A DNA stretch of 53,875 bases, counting the filler, from Sluysia triapertura (taxonomy: Eukaryota), in the NCBI GenBank assembly GCA_046118255.1. It is 4 parts of 4 records of this genome, joined end to end, with 100 filler letters (N's around TTAATTAATTAA, not from the genome) between each part and the next. Parts side by side here need not be neighbours in the genome. Positions count along the whole stretch, not along the records: positions 1 to 12,458 come from JBJNIA010107205.1; positions 12,559 to 27,017 come from JBJNIA010258292.1; 2 more parts are not named here. One strand, given 5' to 3'. The position numbers and the translations under genes were made by a program. The notes beneath the pieces were generated by a model that saw only the letters and a program-made list of their open reading frames with translations, made no database searches and had not been told where the DNA came from. The first letter of the stretch is position 1. The number at the start of each line of letters is the position of its first letter. Of this stretch, positions 1-12,671 are shown one piece after another.

Positions 1-424
1 TGTTGAAATTATTAAGGCATAAAACGATCAAGATAACAATAGTGAGTCTTAATAATTCATAAGCTTCAAAGACGCAATAATAATAATAATAATAATAATA
101 ATATAAAATATATAGAAATATAAAATAAAAAGATTGTAATATATAGATAAAAAGGTATTGTATCATAATGATGACAAGGTGATAATGCGTTGTGTTTTAT
201 TTTGATGAAACGATGTTAGTAAAAAGTTTTTTATTAGGCTTGTGAGATTTTATAAGGATGAGTGTTGTAACGTTGAGATGAGACTTGTTATAATGTAATT
301 TTTGCCATGAGCTTTGTGTAGATGAATGTTATGATTGATGTGATATATAGGTAGGTGTAGGCTGGGCCACCACAACTTTACTGAAGAAATAGCGTTAGAC
401 GATATAGGAAAATATTATGCAAAA

Positions 425-660
425 ATGTTAAATTTGAGGAAACAAAAAGATGATGAAAGAGTTTATGAATTTGCTTGTGCACTTAAGAGTTTAGCATCAA
501 GAGTTAAAGTTCCGGAAGATAAAAAGGAAGCAACATTAATAGATAAGTTTAAAATGTGCTTCGTCCCGAATTAGGAATTTATATGGGTTTAATTGATAAT
601 TAACCATTTAGAGATATAATTAAGAAAGTAAGAGCTATTGAACGAACAGGAAAGAAACAA
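425..660 (+). pseudogene. LTR-retrotransposon gag (capsid-like) remnant, frameshifted
   Basis: Manual translation from 425 gives MLNLRKQKDDERVYEFACALKSLASRVKVPEDKKEATLIDKFK, then after a frameshift LRPELGIYMGLIDN*PFRDIIKKVRAIER. This resembles the Q..E.V..F...L..LA ... F..GL pattern of Ty3/Gypsy gag. Confidence 0.55.
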
Positions 661-1416
661 ATTATATAGATGATGATACTAACACTAAAGGAGAAAGAAG
701 TAATAAATTCTCCAAATAAAAATATAAATATTGTTAAAATAAAATAATGAAATTATTAAAACTGTTAAATATCAAAATAAAATAATATTGTTAAATAAAA
801 CAATCTAATCATTAAAATTGTTGGATAAAACAATTATTGTTGGAATATTAACAAGAAGATTTAAACATCAACAATGACATTTTAAATAAGAAAATTTATT
901 TCTGAAGTAATTTATCAAAAATATACAGATTTCCTGTTATGATTGGCTCATTTTTATTTAAGTTTATTGTACTATTTAAGTACCTTGTAAATTTAAACGT
1001 AATATTTATTTAATAAAGTGTTATCTTTGGAATCATTTAAGGATTCCAGTGTAAAATTATTGCTATAATGGATCATTATTATATTAATTATATTAAATTA
1101 ATATTGTAAATTATTAATTGCAAATCGTATTAATTTTTTTATTTTTATTGGTCATCTTTGAATAATATAGTTTCGCAAATTACTTATTATTTTATCTTTT
1201 TAATAAAAGATTCCTTTAACGAATCTTGTGTAATTTATATATCTATAAAATTTATAAAATTTGCTTCGTATTTAGTTTTTTTATCCGAAGTTTATTCGGA
1301 TTTGTGAAATCAAAAAACTTTTTGAATAAATCCTTTTCATAGGATTTTTGTAAAATCACTATTAAAATTAACCTTTAATAAATTACATAAACTTGGAAAT
1401 ATAGTCATACAAGTAA

Positions 1417-1503
1417 CCTCGATATAGATTTTATCTTTTTAACTTACTTGGAAAATCCAACGGCTTACCCTAACCGATAAGCCTAATACGTTGATGAACT
1501 CAC
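1417..1503 (+). repeat. Dispersed structured motif, copy 1
   Basis: CCTC box at 1417; core 1452-1503 AAAATCCAACGGCTTACCCTAACCGATAAGCCTAATACGTTGATGAACTCAC. Confidence 0.85.
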
Positions 1504-2224
1504 TAAAGTTTTGCTTTATTCTGTAAGGTTAGGAAAAAACGCAGCAATACAAAATAATGTTTAATTTAAACATTTAATTTAAACTAGCTGAGACTAGAAA
1601 ATAAATCATAAAGAGTTGTGCTATTGTTTTATCTTCAAGGTGTGCCACATAAAGGATTTTGTCGATTTAACTCCCGGTGAGAACTTTCTTGACCAAAGAA
1701 TAATCATGTTTTTCGTCGGTTTTTTCTGATTTTTTGCAGGAATTTCAGTTGTGTCTTGAATATTGTTGTAGAATAATTTGCTTTAGGTCATTATACGCAT
1801 TTTTTGATTGTGAACAGGTTTGGATTACGGTATTTAGTTTGCTAAGTAAGAATTTTCGTAAATTGGCAAAGTCTGGTTCAATTTTGATCTTTAGTGCATT
1901 ACTGAATTTGTTTTAAAGTTGGCTTCTATCACCATAAACCGATCTCATCTTTGAAAAATTTTATGAGTTGTGGCCTTTGAGAGGTTATTGTGGAGAGAAC
2001 TGTGTTTCAATATCACCGCCGACGGATAATTGGTAGCTCAATCAGTTATATTACATTCGCAGAAAATTTGGTGTTCATGCAATGGTCTAATATATGTGTA
2101 TACCATGTATGTTTGTGATTTGTCATCCGATGCAACGAATGCAACATACTTAATACTTATTTTGATAGTGTCGTTGAATTTACTATTTTGATGTATTTCT
2201 TTTGGTTACTTTGTTTCTTGCATG

Positions 2225-2720
2225 TATTGTTTGGTGCATGAACTCGTGCAGTTTTTCAAAATTATGAAAAATGAATACTGATCAAGAATAAGAAACATGC
2301 AAAAAATTCTAGATAACAAAATGAATTTATTAAATCATTAGAAAGTTGGCCATTCAAGAGCTAGGTTGGGAAGTTCTTCCTCATTCCCCGTATTTGTCCG
2401 ACTTAGCCCCAATAGATCTTTTCCGTTCCATGTCGAACCATCTTTCTGGTCTCACATTTGAAAACGAAGAAGCAATAACAACATTAATTGAAGAATGTTT
2501 TGACCAAAAATCACCAAGCTTCTTCAAACGTGGGATTGACAAACTTCCAGAACGGTAGAAGAAAGTGATCGATTGTGGCGGAGAATATCTCACCGACTGA
2601 GACTGAGATATTTGTTCTTTCTAATGATTTAATAAATTCATTTTGTTATCTGGAATTTTTTGAATGGATTTTATTCATGATCAGTATGCATTTTTCACGA
2701 ACTTATGCACCAACCCAATT
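2225..2720 (+). mobile_element. Non-autonomous mariner derivative with ~100-120-bp inverted ends
   Basis: 2225-2345 is the imperfect reverse complement of 2617-2719. The termini resemble mariner TIRs (TTGGGTTGGTGCATAAGTTCGTG), and the interior encodes a mariner transposase C-terminus. Confidence 0.9.
2346..2590 (+). pseudogene. Mariner transposase C-terminal fragment
   Basis: LGWEVLPHSPYLSDLAPID-LFRSM...FFKRGIDKLPER*KKVIDCGGEY matches the mariner HPPYSPDLAPSD and GI..LPERW.KV motifs; the W codon is mutated to TAG. Confidence 0.93.
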
Positions 2721-3332
2721 AAATAGATCATTTTGTCTTTTTAAATTAATTATCGTTGATATTCTTTTTATTTTCTTGGGTTTCTTTTGACATATATACG
2801 AGGTTTGAATTAATTGCTTTTGGGTGTCTGTGTTTTGCTTTGTTATTGTTGGATATTGTTATGGTTGATTTTGATGAAATTTTTTCTTTGTGTTTGACAT
2901 GTTACTTTTAATTGGCTTGATTTAATTTGTAGGCCACGAAGGCACTTTTATTCTTATCTCCATCTATACATGCATTTTATCATGCATAATTTTTAGCGGG
3001 TTTTAAAAAATACTTGTTCGTTGCTCAAGTAAATTGTGGAATCACTTTATTTTGGTTTCTAGGTTCAGTGCTAAGGATGGTATTTTTTTAATGGACTAAG
3101 GAGATTTTTAATGTTAGACCTACTTACAGTTCGCACGTATCGAACTAGAAGCTTTTGGGTGGAAAACCTACATGTCGTATATGTCGTATGGTTTTTGTGA
3201 AAGTGTTTTATTTTTGTAGAATTTTGAATAGACTGAAAATTTTTTGATTTTTTTGGATTTTATTTGAATTTTCTGTGCGTTTTTTGGAATGGCTTTTTTT
3301 GTTATTGTTTTAAGTGCTTGGATATAAGAAAT

Positions 3333-3370
3333 TATCGCACATATCGCATATATCGCACATATCGAATATA
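3333..3370. repeat. 9-bp tandem repeat (TATCGCAYA) x4
   Basis: tatcgcaca tatcgcata tatcgcaca tatcgaata. Confidence 0.8.
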
Positions 3371-5074
3371 ATTAATGTGTTTTAATTATTAAATGCTTTT
3401 AATTATAATTTAATTTTAAATTAATTTTGATGTAAAATAATTACATTCGAAATCATGATGATAAATTATTGCTACGTTTTCTCTAAAAACTGCTGACAAA
3501 TAATAAACTTAATAACTTACGGATTAGCCTGTAGTGTATGATTTATATCCAGCGGAAGACGCAGCTACATGACTTGAATACATAGAAATTCCATTAGAAA
3601 GTGGTTACCTTACTCCTTAAAAATCAACGGTGAACGTTTAAAATACGTATTGACTTTTCCTGAATAATTCCTACTACTATTCCTTCTAACCTATAATTTA
3701 ATAAGTCGAGAACAAACGGGAAATTTTATTAATAAACTAATTTATGCAACTATCAATAATAAAAATTCGAAGAATAAAAATGGATTCAAAGATAATAATA
3801 ACAATAATACATTAAGGTTGCCTTTAATTATTTATAAATACTTACCTAAAGTCGCTTTCATAACAATCGATCATTTTAATTCTGCATGTATTCCATCTAC
3901 TTGGATAAACGTCAATGACTTAGCCAAGATATCGTAATACATTGATGTATTCAAATTCAAGATAATAACCTAATTAATCATCAAGAATATATATAATGGA
4001 TAGCTTGAATATCCTAAGATAAACTATTTTGTATAACAAGTAGTTGGCATTTGAAGATAATATTAAAACAGTAATATACTAATAATTTTAATAATAGTAC
4101 ATAATAATATAATATAAAAATAATAATGATTTTTAGTTTAATTTTTTGAATGAATATTTTTCAGCCTTTGGATAAGAAAATAATGATGTGATACATTAAA
4201 GTATTTGAGGTTTTAAGCGATATAAGGATGATAATAATAATAATAATAAAATTATAAATTTATAAAAAACTTACATAAACATTTATTTAAAAAGGTAATA
4301 ATAATAATATAAAGGCCTAGAAATAAAATATTTGCATTGCAAAAGATCTGTAAAGTCAAATTTATATATACACAAGCACCAAAAATAGTCCTCAGTTATT
4401 AAGTTTTAAAAGTAACCTGGTTAACACAAGTTTCAACAAATTTCTGTTTTGATTATTCAACGACATTACAATTTTTTGAGTTTTTTTGTATGCTTTATCT
4501 TTCATACTATCATTAATAAACACATCTTAGTTATACTAGAACGTAATTATTTTCGTCTGGGTGAATTAAAATTTACATATAAAATTTGTACAATCAAATA
4601 TCTCTATCAACAAAGACGAATTTAATTTCAGCGCAATATGAGTTAAATTGAAACTTTTATAAAGTGATAATTACTGCTATCTATAACCGCATTTAAGTGA
4701 TAGAAAACTCTAAAGAATAATTTTGCTAACAATTAATTATTTACAAAACTTTTGATAACGTTTGCGTTACCAGAGAACAATAAGTTGAAGAATTAACATT
4801 TTACGAATTTTGACTAAAACCGTGGAGTTGCATCCAATTTTAATAAAAATTGTAAATAGGAATTTATTATTATAAATTAATCATTTACATTTTTGACTTA
4901 CAAATAATTTTTTATAATTATAATATTGCTTAGTAAAAGTAACATTTCAAAATTTAAGTTTATCTACACGTTTTGCTCGACATTTGAAATTATTGTGCAA
5001 TAATTAAATAACCTACTTTAAATATGTTTGGTACTACACATCTAACATATAATATTCATTATAATTTTATATCA

Positions 5075-5195
5075 GTAAGTTTGTCTATGATTCGAGTCTT
5101 TCGCAATTAAGGGCTCCTCACAGGATTTTAACAAAAGACAAACTAATGTCAATTTATATATCTTTATGTGACAGAAATCACATATTTTATAGAGG
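5075..5195 (-). repeat. Dispersed structured motif, copy 2 (diverged)
   Basis: Reverse complement of 5075-5129 is AAAATCCTGTGAGGAGCCCTTAATTGCGAAAGACTCGAATCATAGACAAACTTAC, with a CCTCT box at 5191-5195. Confidence 0.65.
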
Positions 5196-5621
5196 TAAAA
5201 TAATAAATACGTTACAAATATTAAAAATTGTTACTAATGGTTTATTAATAGTAACAGAATTTCACACTTAAATGATTTTAATTGTCAAAATAATCTTTTA
5301 AAAAATAGTTTACATGCTTATTTAAAAAAGCTTTTTAAAAATTCAATGTTGATATTACTGCTTTTTTATCTAAACAATAAATGAAATTTATGTTATGAGA
5401 TCGCCTATGACTCTAGTTTTACGGGTTATGATTTTAAAGAATATGAATAAAATTATCGGAGGTCAATTACGAAGATGTGAACACTTTAAAATATTGTCAA
5501 ATATTAAACTGTAAAAACTGTGGATTTGTAATCCACTTTAGAGCGAGATTAAATTAATTTGAACCTTAAAGCCTGACGCAATTCAATTTTTCTCTAAATA
5601 GCGAGTTAAGTATGTGTCATA

Positions 5622-5705
5622 TTTTATTTAGGTTCTTTATATATAGAACCTGCAATGAAATGTGGTTTTACTTAGGTTCCTTATAAATAGAACCCCCAAT
5701 AAAGT
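5622..5705. repeat. 44-bp tandem duplication, each unit holding a GGTTC...GAACC hairpin around a TATA-like loop
   Basis: ggttctttatatatagaacc at 5631 and ggttccttataaatagaacc at 5675. Confidence 0.75.
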
Positions 5706-7091
5706 ATAACTTAATAATTTACATATTATTATACGTTAATTTATAAAGATCAATTAAAAAGTAATTTAATTGAATAACTGTAAATTTACGATTAAAAGCT
5801 TTGTAAAGTTATTAAGTTTCATTAATTACAAGAATTAGATACAATTTTGAATAAAACTTAAACATAACTTTATAATAAACGAATAATGACTGTTATGTTA
5901 TTATTATAAGTAATGATGATTATATAAGGACTAAATATATCTTTAAATAACACTTTAATAAAAACTCAGTATAAATAATGATTATTTTATTAAGATTGTT
6001 ATTATAAACAATAATAATCTTCGTTTGATAAATTTTGAATTAGAAGTTTATTAAAATCGTTTATAAAATATTTCACTTAAAGTCGTGGATAAAATCTTAA
6101 TTAAATACAACTAACTAATAAAGAAAACCGATATGAATTTAGAATTTGTAGAATAATGATCCTTTAGATTTAGCAGATGTAAGTTAATGATAATTCCTGA
6201 CAGAATAGTATTATTTTTTGTGTAGTCGATCTTTGAGAAATTAAATTAAATGATTCTCGATATTGAATTAAAATATTTAAAATTTGTAAAATTATCGTTG
6301 TGCTTATTGAACGTGAAATCATTACACTTTGACCTTAAAATATCTACTTAATGATTCAGAGTATTATCAGTACTTTTATTTTATATAAGATATTTATTTT
6401 TGCACTTTTATTTTGAATAAAATATTTTATTAAACTGTTTGATAATTTTATGTTGATTTTTAACAAAATAATTAAATCATTTTGTAATAAATCTAACAAT
6501 TCATTTTCCAAGTCTATCTAAATTTAAACAGTTGACTTTGTGCGTATTTATCTAGGCAATTGATTGTCTACATAAATATTATTTGATTTTGCGTGCATAA
6601 ATGATATTTGAAATATTTATCGTTTTATTTGAAACATTTATTGTTTTACTTTGAAATATCTATTGTTTTATTATTTAACGTTATTATTTGAATAATTATT
6701 GTTGGAGGGCTTGTTTACTTTGACAAATTTTCATTTGCAATTTAGTTGCAAATTTAGGGAATTAGGTTTGAACTCTTGACACCAATTTGGGGGATTTGGT
6801 TTTGTTTGTAGACACCAGTTTAGACATTTTAGTTTATATTCATGACATGAAATTAGGTTATAAAGTTTGATTTCTATACACTTATTTAAGGTATTATTGC
6901 TTTGAATTATATCATAATTTGACATGGTATATTTGATGGCCGAATACCACGTTATGACCGAAATTTTATAATTAAAAGGTTGTATTTTGTTGAAATTTTC
7001 GATTTTATACTCTATATCTTCAAAGTTTGTCACGAACTTAGTAAAATATATTAATAAGTTTATATTTAATGAAATACTAATGCGTTTTGTT

Positions 7092-7127
7092 AAAACCTAA
7101 TGAGTCGTTTCTATTAGGTGAACTCGC
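7092..7127 (+). repeat. Dispersed structured motif, copy 3 (internally deleted)
   Basis: AAAA-CCTAAT-gagtcgtttct-ATTAGG-TGAACTCGC; the outer stem is retained with a different sequence. Confidence 0.6.
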
Positions 7128-8130
7128 CTTCAGAATTCATTCATTGTGTAAGTATAAGTTTAAACTTTTAACACAAACACTTGCAGATAATTACAAATTG
7201 TGACTGTGTTTATGTTTGGAATGATTCGAATATCTTGTTTAGCATTTTATTTGTAAGAAATGGTTTGTGATGAAATGCGTTTATGATTGCGATGTGTGGT
7301 TGTGGATAATATTATATTTATTTATTTGGATTATTTTGTTTTAAATCTTATCAGGGTCAAAAATCTACTATAAATATAGTAGATATTTGTAATAGAAAAC
7401 ACAATAAGATTACAAGATTTTGTGACAATTAAATTCGAATTCTATCGCAGTTTTTTCTTTTGAGCTGAAAAATATCTGTACTCTTTAGTTTGTTTTATTT
7501 AAATTTTTTGTGCTTTTCATGTACATTTTTGTAAATTTATTATTAAAATCATTTACTTAAATTTTCGTGGACCATTTAAAAGGTTCACGGTAAAATCTTT
7601 TTAAACGATCAATTTTCTATTTCTATTAATGGCCACGTTGTCATTAATCAGATAAAATTTATGACCTTGATATATTCTTATAAACTGTATAAAATTTTTA
7701 TTGGTGTTGTTGTTTAATACATCTATATGCCTGTATAATCGTTCTTTTATATATTGAAAAATAATCTGATCCTATTTAAGAAGGATTATTTGTAACTTTT
7801 ATAGTTTCAATCTATTTAAATTAGATTACTCGCATTAGTTTTTAAATCCGAATTTTTATATTGGATATATCGAATTTATAGATCATATTTAAGAAGAATC
7901 TTTCGTAAAATCTTATTTAATAACTTAAAATCTATTTAAAAATCCACAGAGAATTATATAAACCCCAATAATTTTTGGACACTATTATTAAATATAGCTA
8001 CGGAGAGTATAAATTTTTAAGGATTAGAATTCATTTATTTTTGTCTAAAGAACTGTACATTTAAATTTGTTCATGCATTTCAGTATTAAGTGCTATTAAA
8101 AGTTGCTTACAAGTTATTAACTAAAATAAA

Positions 8131-8215
8131 CCTCCAGTAATTTCACATTACTAATCCTCTTAAATTCCTACTGACTAGCTGTAACTCGTAAGACTAGGAT
8201 CGTAGGTGGACTCAC
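8131..8215 (+). repeat. Dispersed structured motif, copy 4
   Basis: CCTCCAG at 8131; core AAATTCCTACTGACTAGCTGTAACTCGTAAGACTAGGATCGTAGGTGGACTCAC. Confidence 0.85.
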
Positions 8216-9246
8216 TTAATATTTAGACATTTCTGTTAGTAATTCGTCTTCATAATTTTTTGACAACTTGATAATATTTTTAATATTTTATTTAATAATC
8301 ATTATTTTTATGCCTATATACATAAATACAAATATAAAAATCCTAATTAAAACATTTACATAAATAATACATAATACATAATTGCCTGGTAAAGTACTGA
8401 TGATCGTATTAGGTTTCTATAACAAACATTTAAAATCTTTAAAAATGCAAAAATAGAGTTAGTGTTTTTGAAAAAAGAAACTAAAAAATTCTAGAATTCT
8501 ATTCAGTTTTGATTGGCTACTAGCTGACTACAGTGAATCATAAATCATGATAAAAATTCATTATTTAGTATCATTTTTGTCTTACAGATTTTCAACATTA
8601 TTCATCCAAAAGTCGATTCGGTGTCAGGGAAATTAGTAGCAATCATCGGAAAATTTTATTATTATTTAGTAAGTTATTTTATTGTTAAGGTGCTTTCGGA
8701 TTAAACTCTCATTTTAAAACATTTTCAACAACTCCTATTTAATGAGGGAAAAAATTAAAATTAAAATTTTTAGAATTTAAATTAAATTTAGTGATTGATT
8801 GAATAAAAATTATTTTGTTCGAACTTGTTAACAAGATATTTATATTTTTAAATTATATTGTAATAATTTAAATTATCATTATTGCTAAGTATAAAATTAA
8901 AATAACACACTTGGTTTAATATATTTATAACAAATTTTAAATTTACTTTAACACAATCAGAACATATTTAGTAATCATAATTAATAGGCACTAAAGGATA
9001 TTCATAACACAAAACGTAAATAAGAGACATAGGATAAAAAGAACATGCTTTGTGGTTGTGTATTTAGATGGTAGGAATTTAAATTAACTTGTTTATCTAA
9101 TAGACTAATATCATTAAATTTAAGAAACATATAAATTAATTAAAGGATTATTTTCTTGTGCTTTACAAATACTAATTATTCTTTTATTTTTTAGAATTAA
9201 AGGAATATAAAATCTAAAAAATGAGTATTATTATTTACAAATATAT

Positions 9247-10098
9247 TTAAACATTTTTTATATTGTTCTTGAAGGCGAAAAACCTAGTCCTGCATACGAT
9301 TCTTGGAAGGCCATGTTCTCTGCCTGAAAAATAAACAAAATTAATAAAGTCATAATGTTGAGTAAAATTATAGAATACCTCTCGCTCATTACTGTTCTTT
9401 TTATTTTTTGCGCTTATAGGATTCTGTACCATTAGGTCTTCTAAAAGTTCAGCTATTCTAAAAGTTTGCCATTCGTTCATTGATCTTGAGTCTTCCTGAG
9501 GTACCAGTTCATACGTCATATGTGCGTAGCGGAACAGGACTCCGTTTTTGATACATAGACCATATTCATCGGTGTAGTATGGGCAAATCGCGGTAAAATT
9601 TATATTTATATAGTCATAATATTTGTAGAATTTTTATTGATGTTGTCTTGAAAGGTTTAATATTTTTATGATTAAAATTCAAAAATGTTTTTGAAAAATT
9701 ACAAAATTTCTCGTTATCTTTAAAACTTTGGTTGTTTACACAATCCTTATTAATAATTTTGTGCTTAAGGCAATTAAAGACACTTAGTATTTGCGTTAGA
9801 GGTCGAACAAAATAAAAGTAACACGAATTATTTATATCATTAAAAGCGATGGTTACGGTTGATATACAATAGTTATCTAATACACTAAATAAAATTGTAA
9901 ATAAACCTAACAAACATTTCGTAGTCCAAAATTTAATGTGAGCTCGTATAACTTTACTTGAGTCTGATAATCTATCAAGATAAGTAGCAAGTGAATATAA
10001 ATAAACTTCTCCTGAAAGTTTATCAATCTAGGTTTTAGAATCTCGTACAACTTCTCGTTGTTGCCCATTAGTGAACGAACAATAATTGCTTTTATCAT
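9247..10098 (-). pseudogene. Frameshifted orphan coding region with a putative 55-nt intron (9324-9378)
   Basis: ORFs 9907-10098, 9614-9913 and 9247-9519 (frame open upstream to ~9615) tile the strand almost end to end. A GTATTC...TTTTTCAG intron-like segment lies at 9378-9324. No family recognised. Confidence 0.4.
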
Positions 10099-10780
10099 CC
10101 ATTTTTAAACTTTGTTGATTTCTAAAACGTTGTCTCCGTCTAATAGTATATTCATCTTTACGATTCTGGAACAATACATAAACTCGATGTTGAAACTCCA
10201 ATACCCTCGCCTGTAAATTTAAATTTAAATATTCGGTCAAGTACTCAACTGAGCACAATCTCCATACGCAACTTGAACAACAATTCTGATACTTCAAATC
10301 TTGTTTCGATCTACAACTTTTAATAATTGATTGCATCCCATCAACAACATGATAATGTAGACACTTCGTAGAAAATAACGGTTCGAATGTATTTACTATC
10401 TCCGGAACTATTTTAATTTGTGGAGATTGACTTTCATATAATTCTTTATTCAACTGACCCATAGTTATTTGAAATGAATGAGTTGCATTACAACATAATT
10501 CTTCAAAACTAGCACTGTTCATTCGTTGTGGTAACTCAAGGTTTAGATTTTTGAAATCTTTCGTACTGACTAATTGTTGCATGTAATCGTATCCTTCGCC
10601 GTAATAGATACCAAATTTACAATCTTCAGGTACTTTAAAATTGTTAAATTCACTTTCGATTTGATTTTCCATTGATCTCACAAACTGATCGATTATGTTA
10701 ATTTCACATTTTTGCTCACTCATGTCTTTAAAATATTTAAAGTAATAAGAAACAGGATTAATAATTTTTTTGTGTTTCAA
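10028..10780 (-). CDS. Orphan ORF, 250 aa (first ATG gives MSEQKCE...), Cys-rich central part
   Basis: Longest ORF in the window, with protein-like composition and a CCSSC..C cluster. No family recognised. Confidence 0.5.
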   Translation of the reverse strand: MKHKKIINPVSYYFKYFKDMSEQKCEINIIDQFVRSMENQIESEFNNFKVPEDCKFGIYYGEGYDYMQQLVSTKDFKNLNLELPQRMNSASFEELCCNATHSFQITMGQLNKELYESQSPQIKIVPEIVNTFEPLFSTKCLHYHVVDGMQSIIKSCRSKQDLKYQNCCSSCVWRLCSVEYLTEYLNLNLQARVLEFQHRVYVLFQNRKDEYTIRRRQRFRNQQSLKMDDKSNYCSFTNGQQREVVRDSKT

Positions 10781-11120
10781 TATTCAAACAAATTAGTATT
10801 CATATTAAAATGCAATTAAGTGATACCAAAAATATTTAAAGATATTTATAAACACAAACGAGAACATTTTAAATGATAATATTAGCAAAACTTATAATAT
10901 CATCAGAACCAAAACTTAATTTTAAATCTATAGACAATACATTGTTATGTTCAGAGGTGAAATAACTTTTCGAAAAAAATATGACAATGTTTGTTACTGG
11001 TTAATATACGACGATTATCATTGAAAATGGTTGTTGGACTACGAAACTGATATGGCGGTAGAGTATGTATAAAAAACCGATATAAGAATAAAATTGAGAA
11101 GACGTACTATTTGGTATTGT

Positions 11121-11399
11121 TTAAAATTCATTTATAGTACAATTTTCAACAGATTTCAACAATATCCCATTAAATAATGTACCATATTTTAAATATAATA
11201 ATTTACTGGCATTAAAATTAACCAATTTTGATACTGTATGTTTACCAAACGTTTTGTTTTTGTAAACACCAATCAAATCATCGTATGCATCTGTGTAATC
11301 TGTTAGTGTATAATAAGAAGTTACATAATTGCTTGGAATGTCTTTACGAAAGTACTGTATAAATCTTAAATATAAAATATTACACAATGTATGAAGCAT
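11121..11399 (-). CDS. Orphan ORF, 92 aa
   Basis: ATG-initiated, co-oriented with and upstream of the 250-aa ORF. No family recognised. Confidence 0.3.
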   Translation of the reverse strand: MLHTLCNILYLRFIQYFRKDIPSNYVTSYYTLTDYTDAYDDLIGVYKNKTFGKHTVSKLVNFNASKLLYLKYGTLFNGILLKSVENCTINEF

Positions 11400-12329
11400 T
11401 TACAGTAATTGTGTATAAAAAGGATACAGTAAAGGAATGATGTTGGCGTAGTGATGACGTGACGACAATTGTTACTTCTATATCAATAAACAGAATATTA
11501 AAAAAATGTTAGAGTTTATTATATGTTTTGTTAATGATGAAAGGTGTAAAAGTGTAAAGATTACAAATGTACTATATTTTAGTGTGATTTTTGATTAAAG
11601 TAAGGGTAGTGTACGTAATCTATGAGGCTGTACCACCACACTATGTAATTAATTGGTTATTTATGTTTGATTGCTTAATGATGGGTTAAATTTCCGCTTA
11701 TAAGGTGAGATTAGATTTCATTATTTTAAATGTGATACCAATTTAAAAGGATCTGTACAAAATGAATTTGCTACCGAATGGTAGAATCGGTTTTTATGGT
11801 AAAGGATCAATTTTAGAAATTTATAACTGGTATGATTTAGGAAATTATTTATTGTTTTTACCTACTCTCAGCTGACGTTGTTTATATTTCATATTTTAGC
11901 CCATAATTATGTCAAGGCAGACATCTAATTTCCTAATCTTTTGAACTATTCAAATAATTCTGCTTGAAGTTATTGGGTTTGATTTCTGTTTCTTTATCTT
12001 TTAATGTTTTTATAAAATGCATCATTTATTTTTCTAAATCTTTACTTGCGTCTTTTAACATATCTAATTCCGAGTTACATTTCTCGTAATTTTCTTTCAA
12101 AATGTTAATTTCTATAATTGTTAACTAAATTTACATAACCAAAAAATTCTTCTTAAATTGGAAAAAAACTGTAAAATGAAACAGGCATCAAAATTATTGA
12201 AGCAGCATAATTTCGAAACATTTGTTGATGGTGAACAATGTTTACTTTAATAATAATATGGAAGAGTGTTGTGATAGAGAATTGATGAAGTTAAAGATGT
12301 TAACAGAAATTCCATTTAATTTATAATGC

Positions 12330-12458
12330 ATGAAACAGGAAGATATAGAGGAGGCGTTAACCAAGTTAAAGGAAGGAGTTATTGGATTCAATGAAGCTCA
12401 TAGACAATATAATATCCCTAAACCAACGTTGCGGCGTCATTTTAAAGGGTTAAATAAA
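12330..12458 (+). pseudogene. Pipsqueak-type HTH (pogo/Tigger-like transposase N-terminus), truncated by the gap
   Basis: MKQEDIEEALTKLKEGVIGFNEAHRQYNIPKPTLRRHFKGLNK fits the psq HTH pattern (E.M..A...V..G.....A...Y.IP..TL). Confidence 0.8.
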
Positions 12459-12558
12459 NNNNNNNNNNNNNNNNNNNNNNNNNNNNNNNNNNNNNNNNNN
12501 NNTTAATTAATTAANNNNNNNNNNNNNNNNNNNNNNNNNNNNNNNNNNNNNNNNNNNN
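12459..12558. other. Assembly gap spacer
   Basis: 44 N + TTAATTAATTAA + 44 N. Confidence 0.98.
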
Positions 12559-12581
12559 TAATTTATTTTATTATCTTAATA

Positions 12582-12671
12582 CAGTGGTGTCAAAGTGGCG
12601 TCCCACGGGCCGCTTGTGGCCCGCGGAGGCAAATCATGCGGCCCGTAAAGCAAAAAGGTTTGACACCACTG
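12582..12671. mobile_element. 90-bp hAT (Charlie/Buster-type) MITE
   Basis: Perfect 13-bp TIRs CAGTGGTGTCAAA/TTTGACACCACTG and internal GC-rich GGCCCG/CGGGCC motifs typical of this group. The 8-bp flanks TCTTAATA and GTGTAAAG share a central TA but are not identical. Confidence 0.88.

Noticed and set aside
1640-3300. Possible LINE remnant on the minus strand around the mariner insertion
   Set aside because: Only strand-biased composition and a frameshifted GGD-like word; not enough to call.
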